NCBI GenBank assembly: GCA_010356995.1
Contig: ML996697.1
Coordinates: 791,793-855,792, forward strand
From: Trichodelitschia bisporula
Taxonomy: Eukaryota
Length of the DNA: 64,000 nt
Direction of reading: 5' to 3'
The first letter of the stretch is position 1. The number at the start of each line of letters is the position of its first letter. Positions 10,422-23,942 of this stretch are shown here, piece after piece. Made by a program: the position numbers and the translations under genes. The notes beneath the pieces were generated by a model. That model ran no database searches. It saw only the letters and a program-made list of their open reading frames with translations, and was not told the DNA's origin.

Positions 10422-12765
10422 ATGGACCGTCAGAACTCTTCTGGCTCGGAAATTCCTTCCAAAAGGCCGGCACCGAACGGCGGCTCTGATGGGCAGACGC
10501 GTCGCAAGCGGAGACGCAAGGTGCTTTCGTGCGAGCAGTGCCATCGCCAAAAGGTCAAGTGTGACAGAGAGCTGCCATGCTCCAGGTGTACGGCGGCCAA
10601 CCGCCCGCAGGAGTGCACTTACCAAGTATTCAATGTGAGCTCTGGCGGTACCAGAGTCCAGCACCACCACAGAAACTCGGACTTGACCATTAGCCCTGAA
10701 GACCCCACGGATACGAGACCGAACAGAAATAGTCCCCCCATCCGGAGACGCTCCCCCAGTTCCCCGCTTATCCGCCAAGTCAAGACCTATTACACGCCCA
10801 AAGGTATGGTCAGATTTAGCGGAGGGACCCACTGGGCCCAGTTAGCTTTTCAGGTGAGCTTAACCCTCCTCGCATGGCGATGGTGGAGAAACGTATGGCT
10901 AAGCATGACTGTGTCTGTGGACAGCTCGACGACTCAAATCCCTTCTTCACGGGTGACTGCCCTCAGCCTCGCAAGCACGCCGATTTGATATCAATCAAAG
11001 CTATCAAAAAGCGATACCCAAAAAAGAAGCTTCGCCAGTATCCCTTTGGACGTCTTCCACACGGAACGTACCATCCTCCCCTATCATTTCTGCCCGAGCG
11101 GCCTGTGATTGAGCTGCTCGTGAAAAACTACCTTCGAACCTTTGATGAGGCCTTCCCCTTGATCCATTCAGCGACATTCGAGGCCGAGCTTGCTGAATTC
11201 TGGATTGCTCCGGAAGATGCCGATGAACAATGGCTTGCGCAACTGTTCATGATGCTAGCTCTCAGCTGCCACTCTAATCCTGGAATCGATTTCAGCAAGT
11301 ATCAAGGCGGAAGGCATGAGCTGTCAGATCAGTTTCTCGACGGCGCCGAGGCAGCCTTTTGCATCACGCCTGCGATGAAAGGGCCTGACTCGCTCACTTA
11401 CCTTCGGACGTTCTGCATGATCGGCATTGCAAAGCAGATGGGCATCGTGACGCTCGACGACTCCGAGACCTTGTACCAACTGCTCGGACACATCGTGCCT
11501 CAAGCCATATGTCTGGGATTGCACATCAACGTTGAAAGGTTTCCGGGCATGCCCCAAGACGAGGCGGACTCGCGCTCTCGAGTGTGGGTCACGGTGCTAT
11601 TGTTGGATCTCATAGCCAGCATCGACTCCGGGCTGCGGACCCAGGTGCGTGCCGAGGACTATGTGTCGTTCACCCCAGTTGAGCAAGTTTCAAACGGCCA
11701 CCGGGTCGCCCCGCCAACCTGTCCCCCAAGCCTGTTGAGACTCTTTGACATGATGCACACTATCTGCGTCGTTGCTAACGAAGTCAATGCCTTCTCCCCC
11801 ACCTTTGAGTATAGCAAGGTACAGGAATTCGACACCAAACTTCGCCAACTCGTATCGCAATTAAACCAACCACTCAACCAGGACCTCCCTTTGGGCCAGC
11901 GCACAACACTGGAAATACTGGCGCGTCGAACACTCCTTGGTCTCCATAATCCCCACACTCGCACTGCCGATCTCGCGGAGAAATTCAAACCGTCGCACTG
12001 GTCCGTATTGGACAGCGCTATCGCTCTGCTACGGCAGCATCAGGAATGCGCAGAGAACCCCGACTACCAATGGCCCATGTTCATGTGGAAGAGCGGCTTC
12101 GGCATCGCCGCACTGCATGTGTGTCTAGGGCTCCGGCGCAACGCCTTCGAGACCGACCCAGCTGTCCCCAACGGGCCTTCCGCCAAAGAAACCGCCTGGA
12201 TCGCCCTGAAGCGGTGTCTCAAGATCTGGGAGTCCGGCGTGAAGTACTCGATCCACAGCTACAAGATCTTTTACAGTCTGTGCCTCATCATCGCAGCGCT
12301 GGAAGCGACGGAGCATGGCCGGTCTGTCGAAGATGCCCTCCGTAATGCCGCTTCGCACGTCATTTCCACTGTTGAGACGCTACTGGGTGTGGAGCGCAAC
12401 CGAGATATGTTCGCACCGCGTGACATGGTCACACCGTCTTCACTAGGAGGCGAGTCGCCGCTTGCGACTGTTTCTGCACCGGGTGCCGCGCCGCCAGCCA
12501 TGAACACACCGGCTTCACTGGAAGCTCGGTCACCGCTTGCGCCTGTTCCTACACCGACTTCCACGCCGAATCTAGAGTCGGCCACACAGCCGACGCAGGA
12601 CCCGTCACCACAGCCGGATCTGCTGGAGTACGTGGACCCGGCGTGGTTCACCAACTTTCACGATGAGTTTTCCACAGCTGTAAGTCGCTTCAGCCGGGCT
12701 AAGAGAGATGCTGACTGCTGTAGCCGTTTGAGAATTTCATTGGTGACTTGCTTGGCTCCCATTGA
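10422..12765 (+). CDS. Zn(II)2Cys6 transcription factor with fungal-specific middle homology region
   Basis: CEQCHRQKVKCDRELPCSRCTAANRPQEC zinc cluster; FPLIH, LGLH and RSRVW motifs. Introns at about 10854-10924 and 12680-12723. Confidence 0.92.
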
Positions 12766-13807
12766 TACCCTGCTAGGCTGTATCATTTTTTTGGCACAGC
12801 TTCTTTGCGTACAGGCGGAGTACTGAACGCTCGTCCTGTGCCGCTTTTCTCGAGAGATTGGGGAATTATAGTTCTAGGGACCGCCGAGGTACACATTCTT
12901 TGGCACAGAAGGTCTATGGATAATGTCTAAGCTGTTGTGCGCAATCCACACACCGGCATCAGGGCGGCGTTGGTGTTTGCAGTCTCGGAACTTGTCTTCC
13001 CATCGCCAACTAGCGGCGGCTGATACGCGTTGGAGTACCAAGGCGTGGGTTTAATGGGAAGAGAGAAGAAGCAAACCATGGCCTTCGTTTCTTCCTTGTC
13101 CCAGTTGCACAATCGATCCATGCTACTACTCCGTAGTAAGATTAAGCCCGACTTCGGACGCGAGGCTGAGCGTACCCAGCTGGTATTCCGCGTAAGAAGG
13201 CGCAACTTGGCCAGGCTACTGTAGATATGGAGGTTGAATATGATGTAAAGAGCAACATGAGCTGACCCGCAGAGACTGGGCTCGTCAATGCACTTATTTG
13301 TCAATGTCCGTTTAGGCGATCGATGGCCAATTGTCTGAAAAGATGCTACACTTCAAATGGCAGAGAGTATAGACATGTGAATTTACAGTAGTGTATGCAG
13401 TCGGTGAAGGTCGACACTAGTAAGGGAGGCGAGAGGATCAGAAGATGTAAATGGGACGTTGGTGTTGGCTGTTGCAAGGATGACAACGAAAATTTGCCAA
13501 GATTTCGGGATAGGTCTGGCTTTCTGCTGCGAGCGCCTCAGCAACACTCCATACGCCAGACCGCAAATCTCCGTCGTCTCTCCGAACTGCCACTCCTACG
13601 CGCACAACAACACGAGCGCGTGTTACCTCCTTGCCACTCCACCTCTACCCACCACCAAACACTCCCACTCGACTGCAAAAAGACCGGCGGGAATGCTGCG
13701 GACCATGGAGCATTGAGCGACTGCTCATCTACCGCTCTCAAGATGCGCCTGTTCTTCTGCAACAACACGCTTTACTCTACACCAACCCTCAAGTCGCATA
13801 GGATACT

Positions 13808-16800
13808 ATGGAGGACCGCCAGTCTTCCCCTCCTATGCTCTCAGCGCCCGCGGTGCTCCAGCACCTAGCACCCGTCGACACCCTAATTCCGTCCCCCGCG
13901 CCTGCCGCTACCGAAACTCCGACGGTGAAGGCAGAACTTCCCTCTGATCCTCCACTGCCACTCGATCACTACACCTCACAGCCTCCTTCGGATAACTTGC
14001 TTCTACAAACTTCGTTTCTTGATCCTTCGTTGCTAGATGATCCGACGCTGCAACTCGGCGACAACGCTCCACCCTCTACCATCCCCCCCATGAACGGCGC
14101 GTCACTCATCATGAGTGAAACCGAGTTGCAAACGACCGGCAACGTGCTCTTAACTTCCGATGCCAGTGCAATAGCAGAACCCGGAAATCTACACACATCC
14201 TTGGCTGGTGCTCCGATGGATGACATGGGTGCTACCGTGTTACCTGGCGGTATCGATGAGTTCGGCGAAATAGGCGGGCAATTGCTTCCAACCGAGTACG
14301 ACGAAGCTGGAGCAGCAATATCTCTTCCACCGGCCACCGGCTTTGCGAAACTCGAGTTTGACGACGGCCATTTCTACATGACCACATATGCTGTAGAGCT
14401 CGGACGCGACATGCGTGCCTATAAGCGGGCAAAAATCCAAGCGGCCAAGCACCAAATCGGCGATGAGCAGCGACGAGGCAAGAACAGTGCTATACGCAGC
14501 TCTAGTGTTCCCGGCACGCCCGCGCGCCCCCTGAAGGGTGACGGCAGTGCCAGCGTCGCGCGGAGCTTTGTCAGCGAGAGTGGAGGCATCGTTGGTGACG
14601 ATGATGGTCACATCAGCTTGCGTCGGCGACGGCGTCAGGGCGAGCAAAGATCAGCAGACACGTCATCTCAAAGTCTGTCGCGCAAGAACTCCCTAGGTCT
14701 CCTACCCTCACTTCTCGACGAGGACGATGCTCCGCAGACCATCAATCCGAACGACACTGCACGCCTCGACCCGGCAGCTCACGTTGCTGATCCAAAATTC
14801 GTTCCGCTTATTCCCATTCATCCACCTAGGTCTGCCGACGACCAAGCGCCTATGGGCAAAGGCATTTCTCGGCGCCATGTCAAGATTGCCTACAACTTCA
14901 GGCAAAACCACTTCGAGATGGAGGTATACGGTCGAAACGGTGCTTTTCACGACTTGAACTACGTTCAAAAGGATGAAGTCGTACCCCTTCACGATGGGAG
15001 TGTCATCGAAATTGGCGGCGTCCAGCTCCGATTCGTGCTGCCGAACGTCGCTATTGACGAGGTTGGTGACGAACATGGTGCCGACAGCGTCAGCGGTCGT
15101 ATGTCGTTTAGCTTCGAGGACGGTCAGGGGGAAAGCATCGTTGCCGAGGAAGAGAGCGATGCTGAGAGCTACTCATCCCCGCCAGACATGTACGCCCTTC
15201 AGCTCAGCTACAATGTGGACGAAGATCAAGTTAGGTCGGATGACGAAAACGAAGAAGATGAGAGCGAAGATTCTTCGTCTGATGTGGAGGAGACTCCACG
15301 CGTCCGCATACGTCTCAGTCACAAGCAAAGCTTGAAGAAGAAGTCGTCGAAGCACAGCAAGCACAAGATCCAAGGCATACGGCAGAAGTACGCGCCCACG
15401 CTCAAGCTCAACATGAACAAAAAGGCGAAGGCGAAGGTGCGAGAAAGGCAAGCGGCGAGGGAACATGTTCCAGAGAAGCCATCGAGGATTCCGGCTCCCA
15501 AGGCGCCGCCGAAAGCTGCGGCGAAGGCACCTCCCAAAGCTCCTGCCTCCAAAGCTGTGCCCAAACCTGCGAAGGAGCCGAAGGAGCCGAAAGAGCCGAA
15601 AGAGAACCACGTGTCACCGAAACTCACCAAAGATGTCGTTGAGAGCACTGAGGCTGGGGAACTTGTAAAGGAAGAACCAAAGGCAAAGGATGCCGGGCCG
15701 GTGCGCATCGCGCGAGACGAGCCTTTGCAGAACGGCGAAGACATTAACATCCCCGGCCTGCCGGCTGGCATGACGATTCCGCCGCGCCGCAAAGGACCTG
15801 GTCGGCCACCCAAAGATGGCTTTATGTCGAAGCGTGAGCGAGCGTTACTCTTGAAGCAAGCAAAGGAGATTGAAAAGGCGAAAAAGCTGGGAATCGACCC
15901 TTCGGAACTTCCGCCGCCGGACATGAAGCCGAAGCCTCGCCCGAGAAAAGATTCTACCGGCCAAGAGATCGAGGATGAAGCCCGGGAGGAACTCGGCGAT
16001 GACGATGACAGAAAGACACCGAAGATTCCTAAGCCTCCGAGATCTCCTTCTCCACAGATGAAGTTGTCTGACTACACAGAGGAGCAGCTGCAGCGCCCGA
16101 CACCCAACTACGTCTATCTCATCTACGAGGCCATCCAGAACTCCAAGACGGGTGTAATGAATCTTCAGCAGATCTACAGCGCGATTGAGCGGAAGTACCC
16201 CTACTTCAAGTTTCGGGTCACGAGCAACGGGTGGCAGAGTAGCGTCCGCCACAATCTGGGCCAACACGAGGTACGTCTATCTAGGTACCATTGGACTCTA
16301 CTAACCTACAGGAGGCATTCCGCAAAGTCGAAAAGGACGGCAAAGGCTGGCTATGGGGCATCAAAGAGGGCGTCCCGATCGAAAAGGAGCGCAAGAAGAA
16401 GTCTCCTCCCCCCCAGCTTCCTCCCAACCAGGCCTCCGCCCCGCCGTACCCTCATTACCCCTATCCCCAGTACCCACCTCAACCCGGCGCTCCTAGCCCC
16501 TACGGTATGCCTGCGCAGCCGTACCCGCAACCACCTCGTCCTGCTCCGCTGTCAATCCCTTCGAGTCTTGTTCAGCAGTCTGCTCCTCGGCCGCAGAGCT
16601 ACTCGTCTCCGTATGCCGTTGGCGCGAAAAAGGATCCCGACCCACCCCGGCAGCATACCAGTCCCTACGCGATGTCAAACCCCACCTCGGCCTCCCCCTA
16701 CGGCATCGCCTCTCACCCACCAGCACCAACTCATACCGCTTCTCACTCTCAATCACCCTACCCAACCTACCGCACACCACACCCATCCGCCCCGCCTCCA

Positions 16801-17769
16801 CAAACTCACAACCACTCGCCTACCCCTCACCCCTCCACCTCAACTCCGAAACCCAAATATTCACCCCCTTCGGATGATGTCATAGACACGTTTAAAACCG
16901 TCTTCATCTCCACTATCAAGAACCAAAACCGCACAATAGACCACGACGCCGCAGCGCGCGTCGTCAACAACGCAATCCGCCGCGTCCTCGATCCGGACGC
17001 CATGGCCAACACCCCGCCGGAGAAGGAGGAACTCGCCGTCGCGAGCCAGTTCGAGAAGTGCCTTATTCAATCCCAGGGCCCGCCGCGCCAGACCGCCCCC
17101 ATCGGTGCACCTGCCAACAGCTCGAACATGAGCAATGGAACTGCGTCTACGTCCAACCCTACGCCGCTTCTCTCCCCTCCGATCGCGGCGGCGGCGGCGG
17201 CGAAGCCGTACCCCCAGCGCTCGGCTGAAGCGAATCTGATTAGCATGCTTACGGGTGCGCCGCCTTCTGCGCCTGAGGGGGAGCACGCTGCGCCGACGGC
17301 GCCGATGCGTGCGCCTACGGCGGTTATGCATTCTCAACAACACCATGGGTATCAAGTACCGCCGACGCAACAGGGGGGATACCAGTCCGCGTACGCAGCA
17401 GTAAATCTGACCGCGCCTGCTCCGCAAGCGTCGCAAGCGACCAAGCCTGCCATACATGCGCTCCAGCTCCCGCAGAGTCTGGCCGCGGCGGCTGCGCAGC
17501 CTGCTGCTGCAGCGCAAGCGTCGAAGTCGCCTGTGCCTGTGCCTGCGATACAGATCCCGCCGAGTCTTGCTGCGGGGGTTGCAGTGGCGAATGCGAATGG
17601 GGCTGCGGCTGCGAACAGCGTGAAGAGTAGTGCAAGTGGCACGGCCACACCGACACGTCCTGATTTCGAGCCTCTGACGCCGCCGGCTGGGGTGGTGGAG
17701 GGGAAGAAACGGGTGCTGGATGAGGGGGCGGATGATGGCAGGGGGAAGAGGGCGAAGGTTGAAGGTTAG
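13808..17769 (+). CDS. FHA + AT-hook + forkhead transcription factor (Fhl1-like)
   Basis: Split FHA domain (FAKLEFDDG..ELGRD..ISRRH..GRNG), AT-hook RRKGPGRPPK, forkhead RPTPNYVYLIYEAI..GWQSSVRHNL..GKGWLW. One intron from 16271 to about 16311/16314. Confidence 0.92.
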
Positions 17770-18510
17770 GATGTGCTGCGCTTATGATTATCATGGTTGA
17801 TGGCATTTGTGCGACTATGTACAAGATTGGGGATTTGCTATTCTCCCGCGTGGGTAAGATGGGAGGTCAATTATGTCATTATGACGGCGTTTATGTGATG
17901 CTGGAGAGGGTGGGGGATTTGATGTTCCCTATACCCTATACCATGGATAGGATGTGGATACATAGGCGTTGAGCATGGCTCTGGATGGAACGAATGGACT
18001 GGAAGCTGATCATAGCTCTGGATGGAATGAATGAATGGATGGGAAGCTATGGTCCAAGGGCGTGGAGACAGGCGATACCCCCTGCGCATAGTCATGTACT
18101 GTACTGTAATGCATCACACGAACGCACACGAAGCACCACGCCAGCAATGCACACGTAGTATAGTAAACCTTATTACCGTCACGCACAGACCGAGGCCCTG
18201 AAGGGGGCGTGAACATGAACGTGGAAAACACAACCGCAAAGTAAACTGGCAAACAACCCTTCTAACCCAAGCAACACGACACCACGACTCACAGCAAGAC
18301 CACGTACACAAAACCCTACGAAGTCACATCCATACACCTTGGTCCTAGAGACTGTAACTGGTGAGATGCTGGTAAGAACACAGGCTCAAAATACAGACCA
18401 CCGTGTTGCTGCGAGGACTATTCCGCGTCCTTCGCCGTTGCTATCCACCCAAGCGCCGTTCTCATGACAGGAGGGGAAAGAGATCCGCACGCTCACCACG
18501 TACCCGAAGC

Positions 18511-19454
18511 TTACATGGCCATCTCGGCCTGCAGCTTGCGGAGCTCCTCTTCTTCGTCCTCCTCCTGCGAGCGGGCGGGTGCTTTTCCCTTGACTGTCGA
18601 GGGAGTTAGCAAGTGCCGTGCAGGCACAGATGGGGAATACTCACTAGCCTCCGGCGCCGACGGCAGCCTGCCCACATCCGCAACAGGCACATTCCCCGTC
18701 TTCAACATCTTATTATCCAGCTCCTCCTGCTGCAACTGCTCAAACTCATCCTCGAGATCCGCATCATCTATACCCTGGTTTCCGATAGACTGGGTGATAG
18801 CCTCGCCGATTTCTTCGCCGATGGCGTGTTGTTCGCGGAGTTCCTCCCTGTGTGCGGAAAAAGGCAAAGAAGTCAGCGCTGCGCCGGGGGTTTAGTGTTG
18901 CGGGGAAGGGGGAGGGGGTGATGGGGGCGTACATTGTCTGGTCGACTTTGTCGATTGTGAGGCCGCCGTGGATTTGCTTCATTGCGGCGGAGGCGTTCTT
19001 CATGGCATCGAGGGTTTCTTTGTTTATGTTGGCGGTTTCGATGCTGTAGATCTCGCGCTCGAGGGTCATGATTTGGCCTTGCGTCTGCTCGAGGGCGTGT
19101 TCGAACTGCTTCTTGCGCTTGAGGGCTGCCTTGGCCGCTGCGGGTGCATTAGCTCTCTGATTGCAACATACACCATCTAAGATATCAAAACCGAGTATCC
19201 CGCCTGCGATCTCTTTCCACTCCCCACATCCGCCAGGGTCACCGGAAGGAAAAGCAATACGCACCATTCTTGTTCGAGCTGACATACTTGCGCGCCAGGC
19301 CATCCTGCTCCTCCATCTGATTCTGCAAGTGCTTCTCGCGCTTCGACAGCATCTCCAACTGTCCACGCAGCTGCAAGATGGCACTCTTAGCCCGGTCGTT
19401 CTTGCGCGCGCCCCCACCGCCGCCGAACCAGCCGCCCCAGCCCCAGGTCGCCAT
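18511..19454 (-). CDS. SNF7: ESCRT-III subunit Snf7/Vps32, multi-exon
   Basis: AILQLRGQLEMLSKREKHL, AKAALKRKK, IETANINKETLDAMK and C-terminal EEEELRKLQAEMAM across spliced ORF pieces. Confidence 0.96.
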
Positions 19455-21929
19455 TTCTCTTGCTGCTCGTGCGGAGGGTGTGGGAAGGTTGGTGGATGGA
19501 TGGGAGGAGGGTTGGAGTGTGTAGATAGAGAGGGTAGGGTGTGTTGCTAGGGAGGCTCGCCTGCTGCGGGGTCTCGATATGCAGGCTCCAAGATTTCGTC
19601 GTCGTAAGCTTCGCCCGTCAGCACCAGTCTTCCACCTTAGCCAGCTCGTACGCACTACTCGCGAAGCACCTCGTCGTCTCCAGCCGAGGCTCACCAGGCG
19701 GCAGCACACGCCGGGGTGGGGAGGTGGGGAAGCGGAATCAAGATCCTGCGGGGGAACAAAGAGGACAGACAAGTACCCAGCGAGCAAGTACCGCAGTTGT
19801 TGTTGTTGCGGCGTATAGGGATGGAGATCGCGGGTTGTGGCGGTGAAAGTGCGGGTGGTGCTTCACTGGTTGTCGCCGGTGATGTCGTCGGTGACTGCGG
19901 TGGCTACTCGTCGAGCCCGCTGCGGCCTGGGAGAGCTGCGGAGGCCGTGCTTCCGATGGCCAATCAGAGTCTGAATACGGAGACGGGCCCGCGCGTGGCT
20001 GGTGGTGTGGCGCAGGCGTGCGGCGTGCTCCTGGTCCTGTGACGTGTGGGCAGGTGAGAGATGCCACAGAACAACATGCTGAAATCGTGAGGCTATTCGG
20101 ACGTCAATGCTCGATCATTAAAATGGAATACTGTGTGCTGGTGCGTTATGAGAGGTGTATGAAGTTATCGACTGTTCTGCTCCGCGATTTGATCTTCGAT
20201 CTTTTACTGCACATCAACGACATCTCGCCACCACGACATCCGCCATTGGTAAAGGAGGACGTAATATTGAGAATATGAAGCCTTTACATCTTGACGCGGA
20301 TGATTGCGAGTTACTAACAGCTCCGGCCTCCCGGCGCTGTGCGAGAGCAACCAGATCAGATCAAGGCGCCCTCCTTGAGGGTACGGGGATATCGATGATG
20401 GTGATGCGATGGACGAACTTGGAGAAGGTCTAGGCACCTTATCGGCTATCATATCATTGCTGGTGCTGATTGACGATGGGAGAGAAGCGAGGGATATTGG
20501 GAGTTGCCGTCCTAGTCGGATATAGCCAAATGAGGCTAGAACTAGCAAGACGCAGCATTCGAGCCGAGTTCTCTGCAGTACGCTCTCAGCTACAGTTCTC
20601 GGCGATCAATTACGTGCAATATGGGCGTCAGTATCATCCATTTTCTGTCTTTAAACAATGCGCATGTGTCCCCCACGCTCATGGTGGATCAGTAACCCAG
20701 ACCAATTGTGACCGCGAAGCCGCTGATTTAGAACTCAATCACTGATGTCAGAACTTCTGCAGTGCCTTTGATTCACCTTATATAACACTGAAGAGATGTA
20801 CGCAGATGTGGTGAGTTACTAGGTGCAACATTGGACAAGTGTCGTAAGCCGAGGCTGAACCTAGGGGCCTGGAGTTATGAAAAGCTGCCACTCGTTAAAG
20901 GTTGTCGAATCCATTACCAAACCCGCATACACATACACACGCCAGCATGGGAATAACTTCACGTGGCTAGCCTGTTTGACGTGTTCGGCAGGTCTAAAAC
21001 AAGTACCTGTTCCTGAGTACAGTAGCTTGGTGCGCTCTGAATATCACAAGCCAGCCTCGCCCAGCTCCACCCTCAGCCAGTCACCACATCAAATCCTCTA
21101 CTCGCCTCTCCACTCGGCACCAGTAAAGCCCCCTAACCCCAGCCGGTACCGCTCCCACTCGCCTAATCGCCTCGAACGGGCAGATGGAGCGAGCAGCCCC
21201 GATCAGGGCTTCTCGAAGCCCGGGCATCGTTCCATCCCGACACAGACTCCATCCTGCCCTACGCGCGGACCCATCTATCCACGTAACCAAGATTCGCACA
21301 GAGTGAGCGCGAAAAGAACTAGCCTCGCTTGGTGAGCGTGGCTGCAGCGGGCTATATACGAAACGCCCACCCCCCGTTTCGGACGGCTTCGTTTCCGTTC
21401 ACTCACCGCACAGGCCAAGACTACCGATTGACAGCTACAAACACCGAGCATCATTTCGCTTCTGGGAGGATGCGACTTGAACCCTTAAGGGCAGAGGTGT
21501 CAATTTCCCTTTGTACACTCACTGGCGGCGTATTCCGTTGGGGGAGTGCGAACACACCGGGCCTCGCCCCCGCCCGCCCCAGCGTGGCATATATAAAGCC
21601 GCGCGACCGAATCTAGTTCCCCAGCCTGATACGTCCCGCAGAGCCGCGATATTGCGCCTAGAGGGGCGGACATTGGCTCCCGGCGCCGCCAGGGGAGGCG
21701 GCAGGGGAGGCGCGGTGATCAGGTCGGGGGCCGGGCGGGCGGGAGGGGGGAGGGGTGACGGGGAGTGGAAGGGGGGCGCCCACAGAGAAGAAAGATTTAT
21801 ATCAACCGAGTTTAAGTGCGCACCCGGCGCCCCTCCTCGTCGTCGTACCTGTTTCTCTCAACCTCCTTTGAAATAAACCCCACACCGCCACCCGGCACCG
21901 GAGTCTTCACTCCATCCATTCCTTACAGT

Positions 21930-22862
21930 ATGCGTGCCGCGCTCGCCCTCCTCCTGCCGCTCCTCGCGCGCGCCGCCGACCTCGTCCCGGAGGCCAACGT
22001 CGCCGCCGACCAACTCAAAGTACCCTCCCTTCCCCCCTCCAATTTCACCTCTAACTCCCCGCAGGCCCTCCTAACCGCCCAAACCCCCCTCGCCGGCACC
22101 CCCTGCGGCCGCGGCCTCGCGCCCTGCGAACTAGGCCGAACATGCAAACAAGTCGACGCTAGATGCATCGACCTCTCCGGGCAGGGGAACTGCATCGGAA
22201 CTTGCGAAATCGCCCCTGTGGGCGCCGCGCCGCGCCAGCCGTGGAATACACCGACCACGACGGCGCCGCGCGCGGGCTGGGGCGCGAGTAGTAGTAGTAA
22301 GTTGCCGTGGAACTCGGGGCCGTCGGCTGTGCCGGGGGCGTGGGGAACGCCGGGGAACAGTGGGGGGAACAGTGGGGGGAACCAAGGAGGGGGAGGAGGC
22401 GGGGCGTTGCCTTGGAACCAGGGCGGGGGTGGAAATCAGGGGGGAAATAACGGGGGAAATCAAGGGCCGCAGTGGAGCACGCAGGCCCCTAGGCCGACGC
22501 AGCAGCCCGCGCCCCGGCCGACACAACAACCGCAGCCCCCGCGTGAGACGCCGCTGAGTAACGGGGCCGGATGCCCGCGGAGCATTAACTGTCCTTCCAG
22601 CTCGGTGTGTGTACCCGACCCGCGGGCGCGGAACGGGCAGTTGGTGTTTTTGTGTGCGAATCCGAGTGATGGGTGTGGGGCGCCGCGGTTTAATCCGTGT
22701 ATTGCGGGGAAGATATGTGTGGCGGATCCGAGGGCGAATTGGTGAGTTTGCTCCTGTCTCTGTGCCCCTTTACGTTCTCACTTCGGTGGGGATACGAGGA
22801 TGTTGGGGATCGTGGCTAACCTCGATAGTAACGGGCCGAATTGCAATGGGATTTGTGTATAA
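21930..22862 (+). CDS. Secreted Cys-rich protein: small disulfide modules flanking a Gly/Asn/Gln/Pro-rich linker
   Basis: Signal peptide MRAALALLLPLLARA; modules CGRGLAPC..C..C..CIGTC and CGAPRFNPCIAGKICVADPRANCNGPNCNGICV (after intron 22742-22828). Confidence 0.8.
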
Positions 22863-22925
22863 AAGGGGACTTGCGGCTGGGGGGGATAGCAATGCGTTTT
22901 TACACCAGTGTGTGTCGTGCCTTGT

Positions 22926-22987
22926 AGCCGTGAAGCCGTGAAGCCGTGAAGCCGTGAAGCCATGAAGCCGTGAAGCCGTGAAGCCAT
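22926..22987. repeat. 8-bp tandem repeat (GCCGTGAA), about 8 copies
   Basis: Visible directly, with GCCATG variants. Confidence 0.95.
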
Positions 22988-23488
22988 GGAGCAGCATGTG
23001 CCCCTTCCCGAGCAGCAAATGCCCTATGCCGAGCCCAACAACCCATGCCCAGCCAACTCGCTATCCCATCTCCAACGCCACACAAAAGGGGGACCCACCA
23101 ACGCCACGCCCACCACCCCTCAAAGCAGCCCCAAATTTAGATTTAGCTTTTCAGACGAGGCGACGAGATCTCAGACATAGAGTTTAGCGTATTAAGGATC
23201 TCATCCCCAGCGATCGACCCCCCACCATTGGTGCATAATCCCCGCGCGCAGCTCCCGCGCTTCCATCCGGGACTCCCACGGTGGACGCGGGGCGCCATTT
23301 CCCCGCCATGCGGGATTGCGGGGTTGCCTGACGTTGGGGCAAAAAGCTGGAGGTTCCGTGACCGAGGCCGTGAGAGTCGTGGCGGATGCTTCCGGATGCG
23401 TGCCTGGGCATGTCGCTTGGTGTATGTTTACGTTCAGCCCACCTCCACCATCCCGTCTTCCATTCTCAGGCTGTCATTTTTCCCACAC

Positions 23489-23942
23489 CTAGATCGCACA
23501 CGCCTTCCTCCCCTCCAACGCCCGCTCATACTGCGCCACCGCCACTTCACCCGCCTCCCACACCACAACCGCCTGCACAAACACGCTCCTCGCACCAGGC
23601 AATCGGGTAGCCCTCACGCCGCCGTACGGATTGCGGCCCGGCGGCCGCTCGGCCACGTACCCGATCACATTGAGCCAGGCACCGGTTTGAAGCAGGGCGT
23701 GGGTGAGAGACTCGAGGACGAGGTTAACTTGGATGTGTGCGATGACGGGCGTGCTGGCGCGGGGGTAGGCGTGGGTGCAGTGGAGGAGGCCGAGTACTGG
23801 GTCGTAGGTTTCGACGCTGTGGGGGTTAGCTGGAGAGTGAGATGGGGGGGAGGTACCAGGCGAGGAAGCGGACTTTGTCCCGGGCTTTGTGGGTGGGTAG
23901 GTCGGAGAGGAAGATTAGCTTTGAGGGGATGGGCGTGGACAT
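23489..23942 (-). CDS. TEN1: Telomere-capping CST complex subunit Ten1 (137 aa, 2 exons)
   Basis: Manual splice (40-nt intron 23856-23817 with GCTAAC branch) gives MSTPIPSKLIFLSDL..DKVRFLACVETYD..VNLVLESL..GAWLNVIGYV..VQAVVVWEAG, which matches the fungal Ten1 OB-fold pattern. Confidence 0.85.
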
